From IMG/VR virus record IMGVR_UViG_3300035704_000006, positions 3,456 to 67,455 of that record: a stretch of 64,000 nucleotides of DNA. One strand, given 5' to 3'. A model generated the notes under the pieces. It worked only from the letters and a program-made list of their open reading frames with translations. It had not been told where the DNA came from and made no database searches. Below are positions 8,843 through 18,079 of the stretch, piece after piece. Both the position numbers and the translations under genes were made by a program. The DNA comes from a virus. Position 1 is the first letter of the stretch; every line of letters begins with the position of its first letter.

Positions 8843-9185
8843 GTGAGACCTCCTTGAGAAATCATCCTGCGCTTGCGCCCCCGCGAAGTCAACCGGAACG
8901 GAGGAACGACTGTCCCCCAAGATGATCTTCTTTCATGTATCCGCGAGTTCAGCCCCGCATGCGCGATGTGCGCGGGCGCGACGCGCGCACGTACATAACG
9001 CGTATGAGTAGTAAGTAGTAATAAAGATGAAAGACATGAAAGATAGTACTGTTTTACCAGGTCACAGTCTTTCGCCTTCGGTCGCGCAACCCGGAGGGAA
9101 CATGGAAGACACGGAAGGATCTTCCGGGTTCTCTTCCGTGTTCAGGATGCTGAAGGCGAAAGACCCGGTCAGCGCCGCGCGGGCT

Positions 9186-11588
9186 TCAGCCGGACTCCCG
9201 GGCAAGACGGATTCCGTAGCGGTACCGGACGCTTTTCCTCATCCCGGAGCTGTACTCAGTGTCGTGCAGGAGGTAGCCGCTGTCCGTCAGGTGCCTTCCG
9301 AAAGCCGTCTGCGTCGGCTTGTCCGATGCGCGGAGCCCTTCGGCTTCGTACCAGGAGGAGTAGCTGTCGAAAAGGACCGCAGGCGTCGTGCGATAAGAGA
9401 GGTCAGTCTCGCAGCACTCGGAGATGAACTGGTCAATCGGGTTCAGTGACTGGCGGAGGGTTTCCGTGGCAATTCTCGCAGCGCCCGGGGGATCGCCTAT
9501 TGCCTGGTCACGGGCATAGTCCTCGTAGCCCTCGCAGAGCCAGGCGAGTACCGCTTCCCGGTCCCGGCTGCCGAGGCGCGCGCGGAAGCCGGCGTCCTCC
9601 TCGCCCTGCCTGACCTGCTGGCTGAACGGGAAGGCGAAGAGCCTCCGCTTGGTCGCGGCGTCGGCGTACTGGACGACGGGGTACTCATTGGTCGCGATGA
9701 CGGGCACGAAAGCGGGGGTCCGCTCGGTGAAGTCGTTGGAGCGCATCCCGCGCGCCTCGATCTTTCCTCCTGAGGTAAGCGACTTGATGGTGTCCGCGTG
9801 GAGTTTCCATTCGGTAGATCCCTCTTCCGCGACGATCAGCCGCCGGGGCATGCTCTTCAGGATGTCGGGCCTGGGCGCATCATCCCGGCGCGTCCTGAAC
9901 ATCGAGAGCTGGAAAGTCCCGGCGAATCCCGAGCCCAGGGTGTCCAGGAGGATGTTCAAGAAGGTGGTTTTCCCTGTGGAAGTCGGCCCCGAGATTACCA
10001 GGATGATGCGGTCCTTGTTCCAGCCGAGCAGCATGTAGCCGCAGATCCGCTGGAGCCACGCTCTTTCCTCGCGCTCGGGCACGAACCGGTCGAGGAATTC
10101 ATCCCACGCCTCTGATCGTGCTCCTTCCTTGTATGACACGGGAACCATCCGGGTGAACTGGTCTTCCCTGCGGTGCTCCCTGAGGTTTATCCCGTGGTCG
10201 GCGAGTTCCAGCGTTCCGTTTGCCACCGGGAGAAGATGCCGGGCAGCATCGACTGAGTTCTCTCCTGCGGACCTCCCGATGTAGGCCGCTCCCCTGACCA
10301 TCTCCCTGATGCGCGCCCCGTTGCCGCACGAGACCGCGAACTGCCTCATCATTCCCGCGAGCTTGGGGTCCCGGCACTCCCTCGCCAGCTCGAATCGCCG
10401 CGCGACCACGTCCATGCACATCGCGTGAATCCGCTGGTCGTCCTCTGCCCACCGCTTCCCGTCCCAGGCCAGCAGCCGGTCTGTGCCCCTTATATGCAGG
10501 ATGTCCGGACCGTGCAGGTCTCTGAGGATCTCGGCGTTTCCGGTGTCATTGCGGGCATATTCGTCTCCCGCTCCCTCCCCCTCTCCGGCCTTCTTCCCGC
10601 TGACCGCCTCCCAGCCGAGCCCCAGCGCCTCCAGGATCTCCTTAACCCACGCGGTGTGCTCCTCGCCGCGGGCCATGCCTCCCGGGCACGAGCACGCCAG
10701 CACCAGTCCTCCCCGGGCACCTTCAGCCACGCCGAATGACGGATTGGCATCCTCGTGCCCGGGGTGCGGGCACGAGTGCTTCTCTCCGGCCTCCCTGCAT
10801 CCCGCCTTGCCCAGGGCCGCCCGGAACGCCTCCAGGAGATGGCCGCCGTCCCCTCCCTTCGCCTTCGCCTTCCCGGAGCCGGCCAGCGCTACTCCCGAAG
10901 CCGAGCTTGAGCCTTCTTTCGCCGCGCGGGCTTCAGCCAGCGCCGCCTTCACTTCTGCCTTCAGCTCGCGGACCGGGATCGTCCGGCAGTCTTTAAGACT
11001 ATTATTCCGATCAAGATAGTCGGAAATGTCGCCGGGCTTCGCGCCCCCGGAAGCCAGCTCCCCCTCCTTGCCCCACCCCCTGATCCGCACCCTGACGCCG
11101 GCCTCTTTCAGCCGCCCGTACCGGTCGAGGGCGTGCTTCATCCCGGTCAGGTCGTGATCGAAATAGAGGAGCACCCTCCCGGCGAACCCCTCGAACAGCT
11201 TCGCCTGGGCGTCGGTCACGGGGGAGTTCTCGCCCTGATGGACGCACGTGGCGATCGCCTTCGAGCCCGCAGAATCCAGTACGTCCTGGACGCGCTCGGC
11301 GTCCTTCTCGCCCGCGCACCAGAGCACGTCATGGCCTGAGGCCAGTGCCCCGGTCAGGCCGGGCATGTTCCACAGCAGTTCCCCCAGGACCGCGGGTTTC
11401 TTCCCGCACCACAGCGAACCCTTAGCTACCCCGTCGCCGCCGTGCTCGGCGCATTCTCCCCTCTCGATCTCCCTATGGCTGAGCTTGTGCCGGTAGGACC
11501 ACCTTCCGTCGTTGCTTTTGCGGTGCTCCGCAATAATTTTCCCGTCCTCATTCACCCACTGATGGGTCCTCGCGGGAACCGACTTCAC
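9186..11588 (-). CDS. Primase-helicase (TOPRIM + zinc finger + D5-like SF3 helicase)
   Basis: GEKDA and DHD TOPRIM motifs; CPHPGHED..CSC; NDTGNA; GPTSTGKTT Walker A. Confidence 0.9.
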   Translation of the reverse strand: MKSVPARTHQWVNEDGKIIAEHRKSNDGRWSYRHKLSHREIERGECAEHGGDGVAKGSLWCGKKPAVLGELLWNMPGLTGALASGHDVLWCAGEKDAERVQDVLDSAGSKAIATCVHQGENSPVTDAQAKLFEGFAGRVLLYFDHDLTGMKHALDRYGRLKEAGVRVRIRGWGKEGELASGGAKPGDISDYLDRNNSLKDCRTIPVRELKAEVKAALAEARAAKEGSSSASGVALAGSGKAKAKGGDGGHLLEAFRAALGKAGCREAGEKHSCPHPGHEDANPSFGVAEGARGGLVLACSCPGGMARGEEHTAWVKEILEALGLGWEAVSGKKAGEGEGAGDEYARNDTGNAEILRDLHGPDILHIRGTDRLLAWDGKRWAEDDQRIHAMCMDVVARRFELARECRDPKLAGMMRQFAVSCGNGARIREMVRGAAYIGRSAGENSVDAARHLLPVANGTLELADHGINLREHRREDQFTRMVPVSYKEGARSEAWDEFLDRFVPEREERAWLQRICGYMLLGWNKDRIILVISGPTSTGKTTFLNILLDTLGSGFAGTFQLSMFRTRRDDAPRPDILKSMPRRLIVAEEGSTEWKLHADTIKSLTSGGKIEARGMRSNDFTERTPAFVPVIATNEYPVVQYADAATKRRLFAFPFSQQVRQGEEDAGFRARLGSRDREAVLAWLCEGYEDYARDQAIGDPPGAARIATETLRQSLNPIDQFISECCETDLSYRTTPAVLFDSYSSWYEAEGLRASDKPTQTAFGRHLTDSGYLLHDTEYSSGMRKSVRYRYGIRLARESG

Positions 11589-11662
11589 GGAGTGACTTTG
11601 CGGAGGGCACAGCTAGCATGTAGTCTCTTCAACGTGTGATCTCATTCTTTGCCGGGATGAGA

Positions 11663-11694
11663 CAGGAGGCGGCTCCCTAGGGAGCCGCCTCCTG
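11663..11694. terminator. Perfect 32-bp palindrome upstream of primase
   Basis: CAGGAGGCGGCTCCCTAGGGAGCCGCCTCCTG. Confidence 0.6.
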
Positions 11695-12014
11695 GTTTTA
11701 CAGGGTCAGGAGAGCCTACTCCCCGGAGGAGGCAAGCCCCTGCTGGCGAACCCAGATACTGATCATGATCCGCCAGTCAGCCTCGGACATCAGCGCCGCG
11801 CAAGCTCGTTCTCCCAGCTCGGCGATAAGCCCGGGGTCCCGGGCCGGAGCCGCGTCACTCCTGGCTGCTGGCTGATCCGCCGTAGTGCTGTTGATCTGCC
11901 AGAGGTGTTCCGGGTCAGCCCGGGTCGTGATCACCGCCAGGTGAGGCAGCGGATCGGGCCACTCGTGAACCTCGTCGAAGATCACGAAGTTCGCGGCAGG
12001 CCCCGTGCTTCAGA

Positions 12015-12335
12015 TCAGGCACCGGTCTTTGCGCCGCGCCGCGCCCGGGCGCCTGCCGGCTCCTGCTCTTCCTCTTCATCGCCGCTGGTTTCCTCGTCAT
12101 CTCCGTCGTCTTCTCCGGCCAGGCCGAAGGCGATGAGGGCCTTGGCCGCCGCGCGCCCGGTGGGGGTGTCCTTCATCGCGGTCCTGCGGACGTTCGCCTC
12201 CAGGCTGGCGGCAATCGCCAGGCAGGCCTCCGGCTCGCGCCGCGGCGTCAGGTTCTGACCGGACAGGTCGGTGATCTGCACCACCGGGAGTTCATTGCCG
12301 GTCTTGGTGACTTCAGCCTTCAGTTCGACTTTCAT
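12015..12335 (-). CDS. Hypothetical protein with acidic tail
   Basis: Preceded by start-associated motif. Confidence 0.65.
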   Translation of the reverse strand: MKVELKAEVTKTGNELPVVQITDLSGQNLTPRREPEACLAIAASLEANVRRTAMKDTPTGRAAAKALIAFGLAGEDDGDDEETSGDEEEEQEPAGARARRGAKTGA

Positions 12336-12433
12336 CTTGCTCTCTTTCTTTTGCCGGGATAATCAGCCAGGGGTTTTCCGGGATATCTATTACCGTTCCC
12401 TGTATTGCTTCTTCGAGTCTCCGATCTCGCGGG

Positions 12434-12799
12434 TTACCACAGCGGGATCCTGTTCGCCGGGTCGGGATCATAGTTGCCGCCGACCGGGTGGACTTCCCAG
12501 ACTTCGGCCGAAGCCCCGTCCTGGTCGCGGTGCTCGATCCGGCCGGTGCGGATAGCGAGCGCCGCCCGGTGCGACTCTTTGCGGTCGAGCGTCAACGGAG
12601 GCTCCTGGGGCCGATGATCCCAGCGTCCCTCCATGTCCCGGGGCATGAAGCCGGGCGGCACGCCGGGAGCAGCCCTCCAGACTATGAACAGGGGCCGGTC
12701 AGAAAGCTTAACCTCGGGCACCCTGCGGGGATATGAGAAGGGGGCGGCCGGTTCCTCTGGCCGCGAGGTTTTCCGCTTGGCCCGTCGCGGTTTATCCAC
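12434..12799 (-). CDS. Hypothetical protein
   Basis: ORF in operon. Confidence 0.5.
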   Translation of the reverse strand: MDKPRRAKRKTSRPEEPAAPFSYPRRVPEVKLSDRPLFIVWRAAPGVPPGFMPRDMEGRWDHRPQEPPLTLDRKESHRAALAIRTGRIEHRDQDGASAEVWEVHPVGGNYDPDPANRIPLW

Positions 12800-13112
12800 C
12801 TGCTTTCCTCCTCTCCGCTATGACCAGGCACTGATCGTGCATCGTGAATAGGGCAGTTATCAGCGGGTTAGCGGTCGCCCCGTACAGGGCACGTTTCCCG
12901 GCCGCCTTGAATACCTCAGCCCATTCCTCCGGCGACATCGGGCGGTCGGCTGCGGGCTCAGGAGGACTGAATGCGGTAACAGTCCTCCCTCTGATCTCCA
13001 GGATGTAGTCGGTAATCCCTCGCTGCCTCAGTTTCTCCTGGGCGTCTTCCACGAAAAAGCCGAAGTCCATGTGCCCGGGAACCGTGTAAGTCGCCAGTAC
13101 CTTGCGTTCCAC
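12792..13112 (-). CDS. Hypothetical protein
   Basis: AGGAG RBS, overlaps next gene. Confidence 0.55.
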   Translation of the reverse strand: MERKVLATYTVPGHMDFGFFVEDAQEKLRQRGITDYILEIRGRTVTAFSPPEPAADRPMSPEEWAEVFKAAGKRALYGATANPLITALFTMHDQCLVIAERRKAGG

Positions 13113-13121
13113 TGGACTCTC

Positions 13122-14360
13122 CTAAGCCGGCCTGATGATAGTGACGTTAGCCGATGCCCGGGTGATCGCGGTGTAGAGCCAGCGGTGCGCGTCGGCGCGG
13201 AAGACCCGGGACTCGTCCATGACCAGGACGGATTCCCACTGGCTGCCCTGGGACTTGTGCGCGGTGATGGCATGTCCCCAGGTGGCGAAGACGTTGAGCT
13301 GGCGGGTATGGTACTCGGTCTGCTTGATCTTCTTCTCGCCGTCGAGGCCGCCGCGGAAGGGCGCCGACCAGCAGCGGATCTCGCGCTCGTTGCCCTCGTC
13401 ATCGGTCACGGCCAGCTCAGTCACCCAGTCAGCATCAGCCTCCTTGCACTCGGTGACGGTGAACTGCTGGCCGTTGATCACCTGGAGGATCTTGTTGTTC
13501 TCCAGGACGATGATCTTATCCTCCGGCTCGGGCTTCCATCCCTTGCGCCCGAGGCCTTTCCTCATGCCCGCGCAGATGCGGGCGCGCGTGGCGTTCTTGC
13601 CGACGATGACCTGGTCGAATTCCGCGTACCGCCACGCGGACAGCAGCTTGTAGGCGCGGGAGTCCCCGTACTTGCCCGGCTTGATCGGCCTGCCCTGCCG
13701 CGCCATCGTAGCCAGGTCAATGATCGGGTCGCCGGCTTCCTGCCGGTAGATCTCGGTCAGGAAGCAGTCCGGGTCGAGGTCGAACGCCCCGGCTCCGCCG
13801 ACCGGGGGAAGCTGGCCGGGATCGCCCAGGATCAGGACCCGGCATCCGAAGCCCAGCAGGTCCGCGGCCATTTCCTCGTCGACCATGCTGCATTCGTCGA
13901 CCACCAGCAGCCTGGCGTCGCGGAGGGGGCTTTCCTCGTTCAGCAGGAATCCCGGCTGGCTGAGGTCTTCGGCCATCTTGTCCCGCTTCGCGATCTTCTT
14001 CGCATGGGCCTTGGTGAGCCTGAAGTCGTCGGACAGCTCGGCTTCGGCGATCTCCCTCTCCATCTCGCGCAGCTCGGCGCGGCCTTTCGCCTGGGGAATG
14101 TAGATCAGGCTGTGCAGGGTGCTGGCCGGGCAGCCCTTGCTCATCAGCACCTGGGCGGCCTTGCCGGTGTAGGCGGCGTAGAGAATGCCGTCCTCGCCGT
14201 GCGCCAGTCCGAACTGCGCCGGGAAATTCTTCGCCAGCGTGGTCTTTCCCGAGCCGGCATAGCCGTGAAGCCGGAACTGCTGCGGCCCGTGGACCGGGTC
14301 AGGGCCTCTGCCTGCCCACCAGTCGCTCATGCGGGCTGCCGCTTCTTCCTGCTGCGTCAT
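13122..14360 (-). CDS. RecD/Dda-like SF1B helicase
   Basis: GYAGSGKTT, VDECSMV, GDPGQLPPV, LTEIYRQ, TAHKSQGS, YTAITRA. Confidence 0.92.
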   Translation of the reverse strand: MTQQEEAAARMSDWWAGRGPDPVHGPQQFRLHGYAGSGKTTLAKNFPAQFGLAHGEDGILYAAYTGKAAQVLMSKGCPASTLHSLIYIPQAKGRAELREMEREIAEAELSDDFRLTKAHAKKIAKRDKMAEDLSQPGFLLNEESPLRDARLLVVDECSMVDEEMAADLLGFGCRVLILGDPGQLPPVGGAGAFDLDPDCFLTEIYRQEAGDPIIDLATMARQGRPIKPGKYGDSRAYKLLSAWRYAEFDQVIVGKNATRARICAGMRKGLGRKGWKPEPEDKIIVLENNKILQVINGQQFTVTECKEADADWVTELAVTDDEGNEREIRCWSAPFRGGLDGEKKIKQTEYHTRQLNVFATWGHAITAHKSQGSQWESVLVMDESRVFRADAHRWLYTAITRASANVTIIRPA

Positions 14361-14542
14361 CAGTCATCATTTCCTTTGCCGGGATTTACGTAAGAGCGTT
14401 TCTGGTTGTAACCGGTCCAGCCGTTCGGCTGAGGGTGAATCGCGCGGTACCTGCGCATCTCCTTTGCTTTCCAGTCGCGGCATTCCTGGCACCGGCACCT
14501 CTTGTACCAGCCGTACCGGGTTCCGTGAGTGAATTCTCTCAT
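14360..14542 (-). CDS. Small zinc-finger protein
   Basis: HGT..G...CRC..C motif. Confidence 0.55.
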   Translation of the reverse strand: MREFTHGTRYGWYKRCRCQECRDWKAKEMRRYRAIHPQPNGWTGYNQKRSYVNPGKGNDD

Positions 14543-14670
14543 CTTACAAGCAGCCCTTGTAGCACAGCCTTCCGGTTTCCTTGCAGTGTTTTTCCCCGGA
14601 GAGGCACCCTTCGCAGGAAACGCAGTAGCATTCTTTTCCCGCTCCGGGCGCGATCCGGATCGCGCCGTGC

Positions 14671-14976
14671 TTAATCCTGGACAGGAATCGCACGCGGCTG
14701 CCGTGACGTTCGCCAGTCGAGAATGTAGCGGTCATCGTGAGCATCTGATTCGCCGTAAACATGATCGATGATCACGAATTCCTGGGCTGGCATGCCCGGA
14801 GGGTCGATCTGCACCTTGTTGCCGACCTTGAGGTCCGCTCCGGGCACCATCGCCCGCAGGTAAAGCCCCTTGACTTCCACTTCGCACCGCGTGACGGTGA
14901 AAGGCGTGCGGTTCAGCCCGACAGAAAGGCTCCCGAAAACCCTGGGCGCCTGCTCCGCTTCTATCTCTTGCCCCAT
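14671..14976 (-). CDS. Hypothetical protein
   Basis: GGAGGAGG RBS; N-terminus duplicated in upstream gene. Confidence 0.55.
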   Translation of the reverse strand: MGQEIEAEQAPRVFGSLSVGLNRTPFTVTRCEVEVKGLYLRAMVPGADLKVGNKVQIDPPGMPAQEFVIIDHVYGESDAHDDRYILDWRTSRQPRAIPVQD

Positions 14977-14987
14977 GCTTCCTCCTC

Positions 14988-15485
14988 CTATACGAGATGA
15001 GACCTGAGTCTTATCAACTTGACATCTTTACGACTGCTTTTCCAGTTGTGGTCTGTCCACCACCCGGCCTTCTTGAAGCAATACCCAGGATTGTCGGATG
15101 CAATAAGTGATGGAGCTACCCAGGTAATCCACTCATCTCTCGGCTTGTCTGGCCATTTTTCAGACCAGAGTGACTGAGTAAACAACATTGCATCCTTGAT
15201 GAGTACACTGGATATTAAGGGCTCGCTCTCATTCCGGAACATCGTGCATCGGTAGGAATCCATACCGTCTTTTGCCAGGTGAGCATATGGCCAATGAGAA
15301 ACCCATAGAGCAAGATTGTCCTGACTCAGGAAGCACAGGAGTCTGCCAGGGGGGCCAACCATAACGCCTTGCTTGCCGAAGGCGATCCTGCTGTAGTGGT
15401 GATTAGCTAGTTCGACCGCCCTAGGATTACTTTTCTTGACCTTGTACCAGAAGTCACTCTGGATAAATTCTATCTCTTGCCCCAT
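14988..15485 (-). CDS. Mom-like/GNAT-fold putative DNA-modification protein
   Basis: HYSR..PPG..C..FRNE..SS.LI..T.V..S.NPGYCF..AGW pattern; lower GC. Confidence 0.55.
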   Translation of the reverse strand: MGQEIEFIQSDFWYKVKKSNPRAVELANHHYSRIAFGKQGVMVGPPGRLLCFLSQDNLALWVSHWPYAHLAKDGMDSYRCTMFRNESEPLISSVLIKDAMLFTQSLWSEKWPDKPRDEWITWVAPSLIASDNPGYCFKKAGWWTDHNWKSSRKDVKLIRLRSHLV

Positions 15486-15991
15486 GCTTCCTCCCTGAGT
15501 GTCTCGCTCTTCTTTGCGCGGCGGAAGAAATGCACCATGTGACGCTGCGCGTCACGGGCGTGTTCCTTGCCGCCTTTCCTGATGTAGAGATCCCAGTCCT
15601 TGAGCCGCTGGTTGGTGACTGCTTCCTTTGCTCCTGCCGGGGTCTGGTAGAAGATCGGGATGCTGAAGCTCGCGCGGCGAACCTCTTCCTTGATGAGGGC
15701 GTTGATCCGCTCTGGCGACAGGAGATCAGGGCCGCGGATAAACTTGCGGAGCCCGAATTGCTCGGTGACCAGGGGAATCCGGTCGCAGTGATTAAGCTCC
15801 GACATCTGGTAGCAGACATTCACGATGTTCCAGGCGTGGAGGCCTTCCTCAGCGTCGTCGAACTCGTCGTAGAAAAGGATCTCGATCCCCTGGTAAGGCA
15901 TGTCCCCGAAGATGGTCTCCTCGGGCACAGCCCCGGCGCACACTCCCGAGGTTCCTCCAGGATCAGCCCCGACGACAATGAGCTTGCTCAT
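15470..15991 (-). CDS. RuvC-like Holliday junction resolvase
   Basis: VVGADPGGTSG, E, HARDA.RH motifs. Confidence 0.7.
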   Translation of the reverse strand: MSKLIVVGADPGGTSGVCAGAVPEETIFGDMPYQGIEILFYDEFDDAEEGLHAWNIVNVCYQMSELNHCDRIPLVTEQFGLRKFIRGPDLLSPERINALIKEEVRRASFSIPIFYQTPAGAKEAVTNQRLKDWDLYIRKGGKEHARDAQRHMVHFFRRAKKSETLREEAWGKR

Positions 15992-16482
15992 GCCGGGAAA
16001 TCCAGTTCTACGACAACCTTTCCCTTGCAAGGCCGGGTGACATGAGCTGAGCCTCCGGGACCTATTTTGTCCCGGAGAATAATTTCATATCCCTTCAGGT
16101 TATTGGTGTCCTTCAGGTACCAGAGCATTGTCTCGGTGATTGCCCCGGAAGGATCAGGATGGTCTGCCAATTTGTTCTGAGGAGTTGCTGACGACCTGAT
16201 GAATTCCGTTTCGGCCACAGCCCAGGCGATGGAGTCCTGCTGGTACTCGGAAGCCAGCTCGGCGAATCTTCCCCTGAGGTACTTCGCGTCCTTATCGGCA
16301 TTCAGGCCAAGCTCGAAGCAAAAGCACATGTTCTGGTAAGGCTGCATCGGAAGAGATGCCCAGACTCCGTGGATCTGGCTGGCTATCGCCCGGACTTCTT
16401 CATGGACTTCCCGGGTGAAGTCTGACCATCTCTGCTGAGTCAGCTTGTCATCAGAGTTTCCGATGCTCACGTAAATGATCAT
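15988..16482 (-). CDS. Hypothetical protein
   Basis: YVSIGNSDDKLTQ..W; AAGGA RBS. Confidence 0.6.
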   Translation of the reverse strand: MIIYVSIGNSDDKLTQQRWSDFTREVHEEVRAIASQIHGVWASLPMQPYQNMCFCFELGLNADKDAKYLRGRFAELASEYQQDSIAWAVAETEFIRSSATPQNKLADHPDPSGAITETMLWYLKDTNNLKGYEIILRDKIGPGGSAHVTRPCKGKVVVELDFPA

Positions 16483-16733
16483 GCTGCTTCCTTCTCCGCG
16501 ACGTAGTTAACGAGCCGCATTGCCACTGCGATGTATTCGGGGGACGGGTCCTTGCGGATTTCCTGGCCGGGAACGTAGACCGCCCAGAGTTCGTTCTGCA
16601 TCTTCCTGGGAATCATCCGCCAGTGCCGGGCACACATGAAAAACTTCGGAGCTACCGGCCTCTTGCACTTCCGGGCATGGCAGTGATGAGGAGGGCTATT
16701 CGTCGATGCCCTCGCTGCGCTCGGCGCTGACAT
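16479..16733 (-). CDS. Small zinc-binding protein
   Basis: HHC....C..........C..HW. Confidence 0.55.
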   Translation of the reverse strand: MSAPSAARASTNSPPHHCHARKCKRPVAPKFFMCARHWRMIPRKMQNELWAVYVPGQEIRKDPSPEYIAVAMRLVNYVAEKEAA

Positions 16734-16925
16734 ATCTCACCAGCCCTGAATCGAGGGGGATGAGGGTGAAACTCTCCGGGTCCAGCGGATCGGTAAGAGC
16801 GAGGATGGTCTCCCCCTTGATGCTGAGGATGACCTCGGGCCAGGCCGCAGGTGTCTTCTGCTCTTTCCAGTGAACAGTGACATCACTGATGACGGGCTCT
16901 TCCGGGCTCTGGCCGGCCGCCGTGC

Positions 16926-17534
16926 TCATGCGAACCGGCCGGGGGCAACCGGAGCATAAGCAGGGAAGCTGTCTTCTCTCAGGTCGTATTTCGGATCGTC
17001 GAGCTTTGAGCAGAGGCTGCTTCCGCATTCCCTGGGGCACACGCACTTAGCGCTGGCCTGCACCGAATGCGGACTGCACTTGAGGCAGTCGAACCTGACC
17101 CGGCATGGCACGGGAGCCTGCCCTTGGGGATAGAGGACCCGGAAGCACCGCATCCCGCAATTACGGCAGTGGAACCCGTTCCTGACAGTCCATTCCAGGC
17201 CTCTGATCCCGAGTTCGGCGAAGCAGCAATCAGAAATAGCTACTTCTGCCTGCGGATCGAGGATTGCCGTGGCCGCGTCGAGGGCATCGGTAACGCGAGT
17301 GCTCTTCGGGAGGTCATCTCCGAAGACTACCTTCTTAAGTTCTTCGGCTGTCGGATGAGATATCTTCTGCCCGGCGGGATGATTCCGGACGGCGACTGCG
17401 ATTCTCGTGCCGATGATCCTCGATCCCACCCTGATGGCGCGGCTGATCAGAAGCGCTGATGCCAGCATGACGAGCGAAAGGAGAATCGATACTGCTGCCA
17501 GGGAGAATTCTATCTCGTTGAATATGTCCTTCAT
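16926..17534 (-). CDS. Membrane-anchored protein with Cys-rich C-terminus
   Basis: TM segment, many Cys; motif upstream. Confidence 0.55.
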   Translation of the reverse strand: MKDIFNEIEFSLAAVSILLSLVMLASALLISRAIRVGSRIIGTRIAVAVRNHPAGQKISHPTAEELKKVVFGDDLPKSTRVTDALDAATAILDPQAEVAISDCCFAELGIRGLEWTVRNGFHCRNCGMRCFRVLYPQGQAPVPCRVRFDCLKCSPHSVQASAKCVCPRECGSSLCSKLDDPKYDLREDSFPAYAPVAPGRFA

Positions 17535-17574
17535 TTCCTGTCCTTTGCCGGGATAGCATTAAGTGCTCATATTA

Positions 17575-17892
17575 TTAAGTGACGTTCCCTGACCAGATAA
17601 GTCTCTTCGTGAATGCTCCTTTCTCCTCTGCCTTTTCGAGCTGGGCTCTCTGCAAGTCAGTCCAGGTGGCTCCCTGGTAAGCAGCCAGCGCCCTGACGAC
17701 TTCGAGAATGTCAGCCAGCTCCTCCAGCCTCTCCAGATCATCGGTCGAAGACAGGTATTCCTCTGTCTCTTCCAGAAGTTTCTTCCTGAGGAAGGTGCGG
17801 TATTCGGCGTGCTCAGCCGTATGTATCACCGGTAGCTGTCCTGACGCCCGGATGATCTCCGGGATATTGTCTCTTACCAGTTTCTGATTCAT
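17575..17892 (-). CDS. MazG-like nucleoside triphosphate pyrophosphohydrolase
   Basis: KLVRDNIPEII, KLLEE..E, EELADILEV, KGAF. Confidence 0.85.
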   Translation of the reverse strand: MNQKLVRDNIPEIIRASGQLPVIHTAEHAEYRTFLRKKLLEETEEYLSSTDDLERLEELADILEVVRALAAYQGATWTDLQRAQLEKAEEKGAFTKRLIWSGNVT

Positions 17893-17899
17893 CCTGCTA

Positions 17900-18079
17900 T
17901 CACCACCATTCGTAGTCTCCTCGTCTTGTTCTTTTCCTGCCGCCAGGGGGCTTGTCTATCTCCCTGGCTGCCCGGCGCGCTATGGCAGCGCCTTTCTTGT
18001 CTCCGTTTCTTTCCCTGATCTTTGCCACCTGTCTCCAGGTATCCCGGATATCCCGGCGGCTTACCCAGTTTCTAGCCAT
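17900..18079 (-). CDS. Small basic 59-aa protein (MARNWVSRRDIR...), absent from ORF track
   Basis: Manual translation; fills gap, overlaps DnaE stop. Confidence 0.45.
   Translation of the reverse strand: MARNWVSRRDIRDTWRQVAKIRERNGDKKGAAIARRAAREIDKPPGGRKRTRRGDYEWW

Noticed and set aside
11589-11645. Genome-wide TAG recoding
   Set aside because: Several clear genes (DnaE, integrase, primase-arm genes, epimerase) end properly at TAG and no suppressor tRNA is seen
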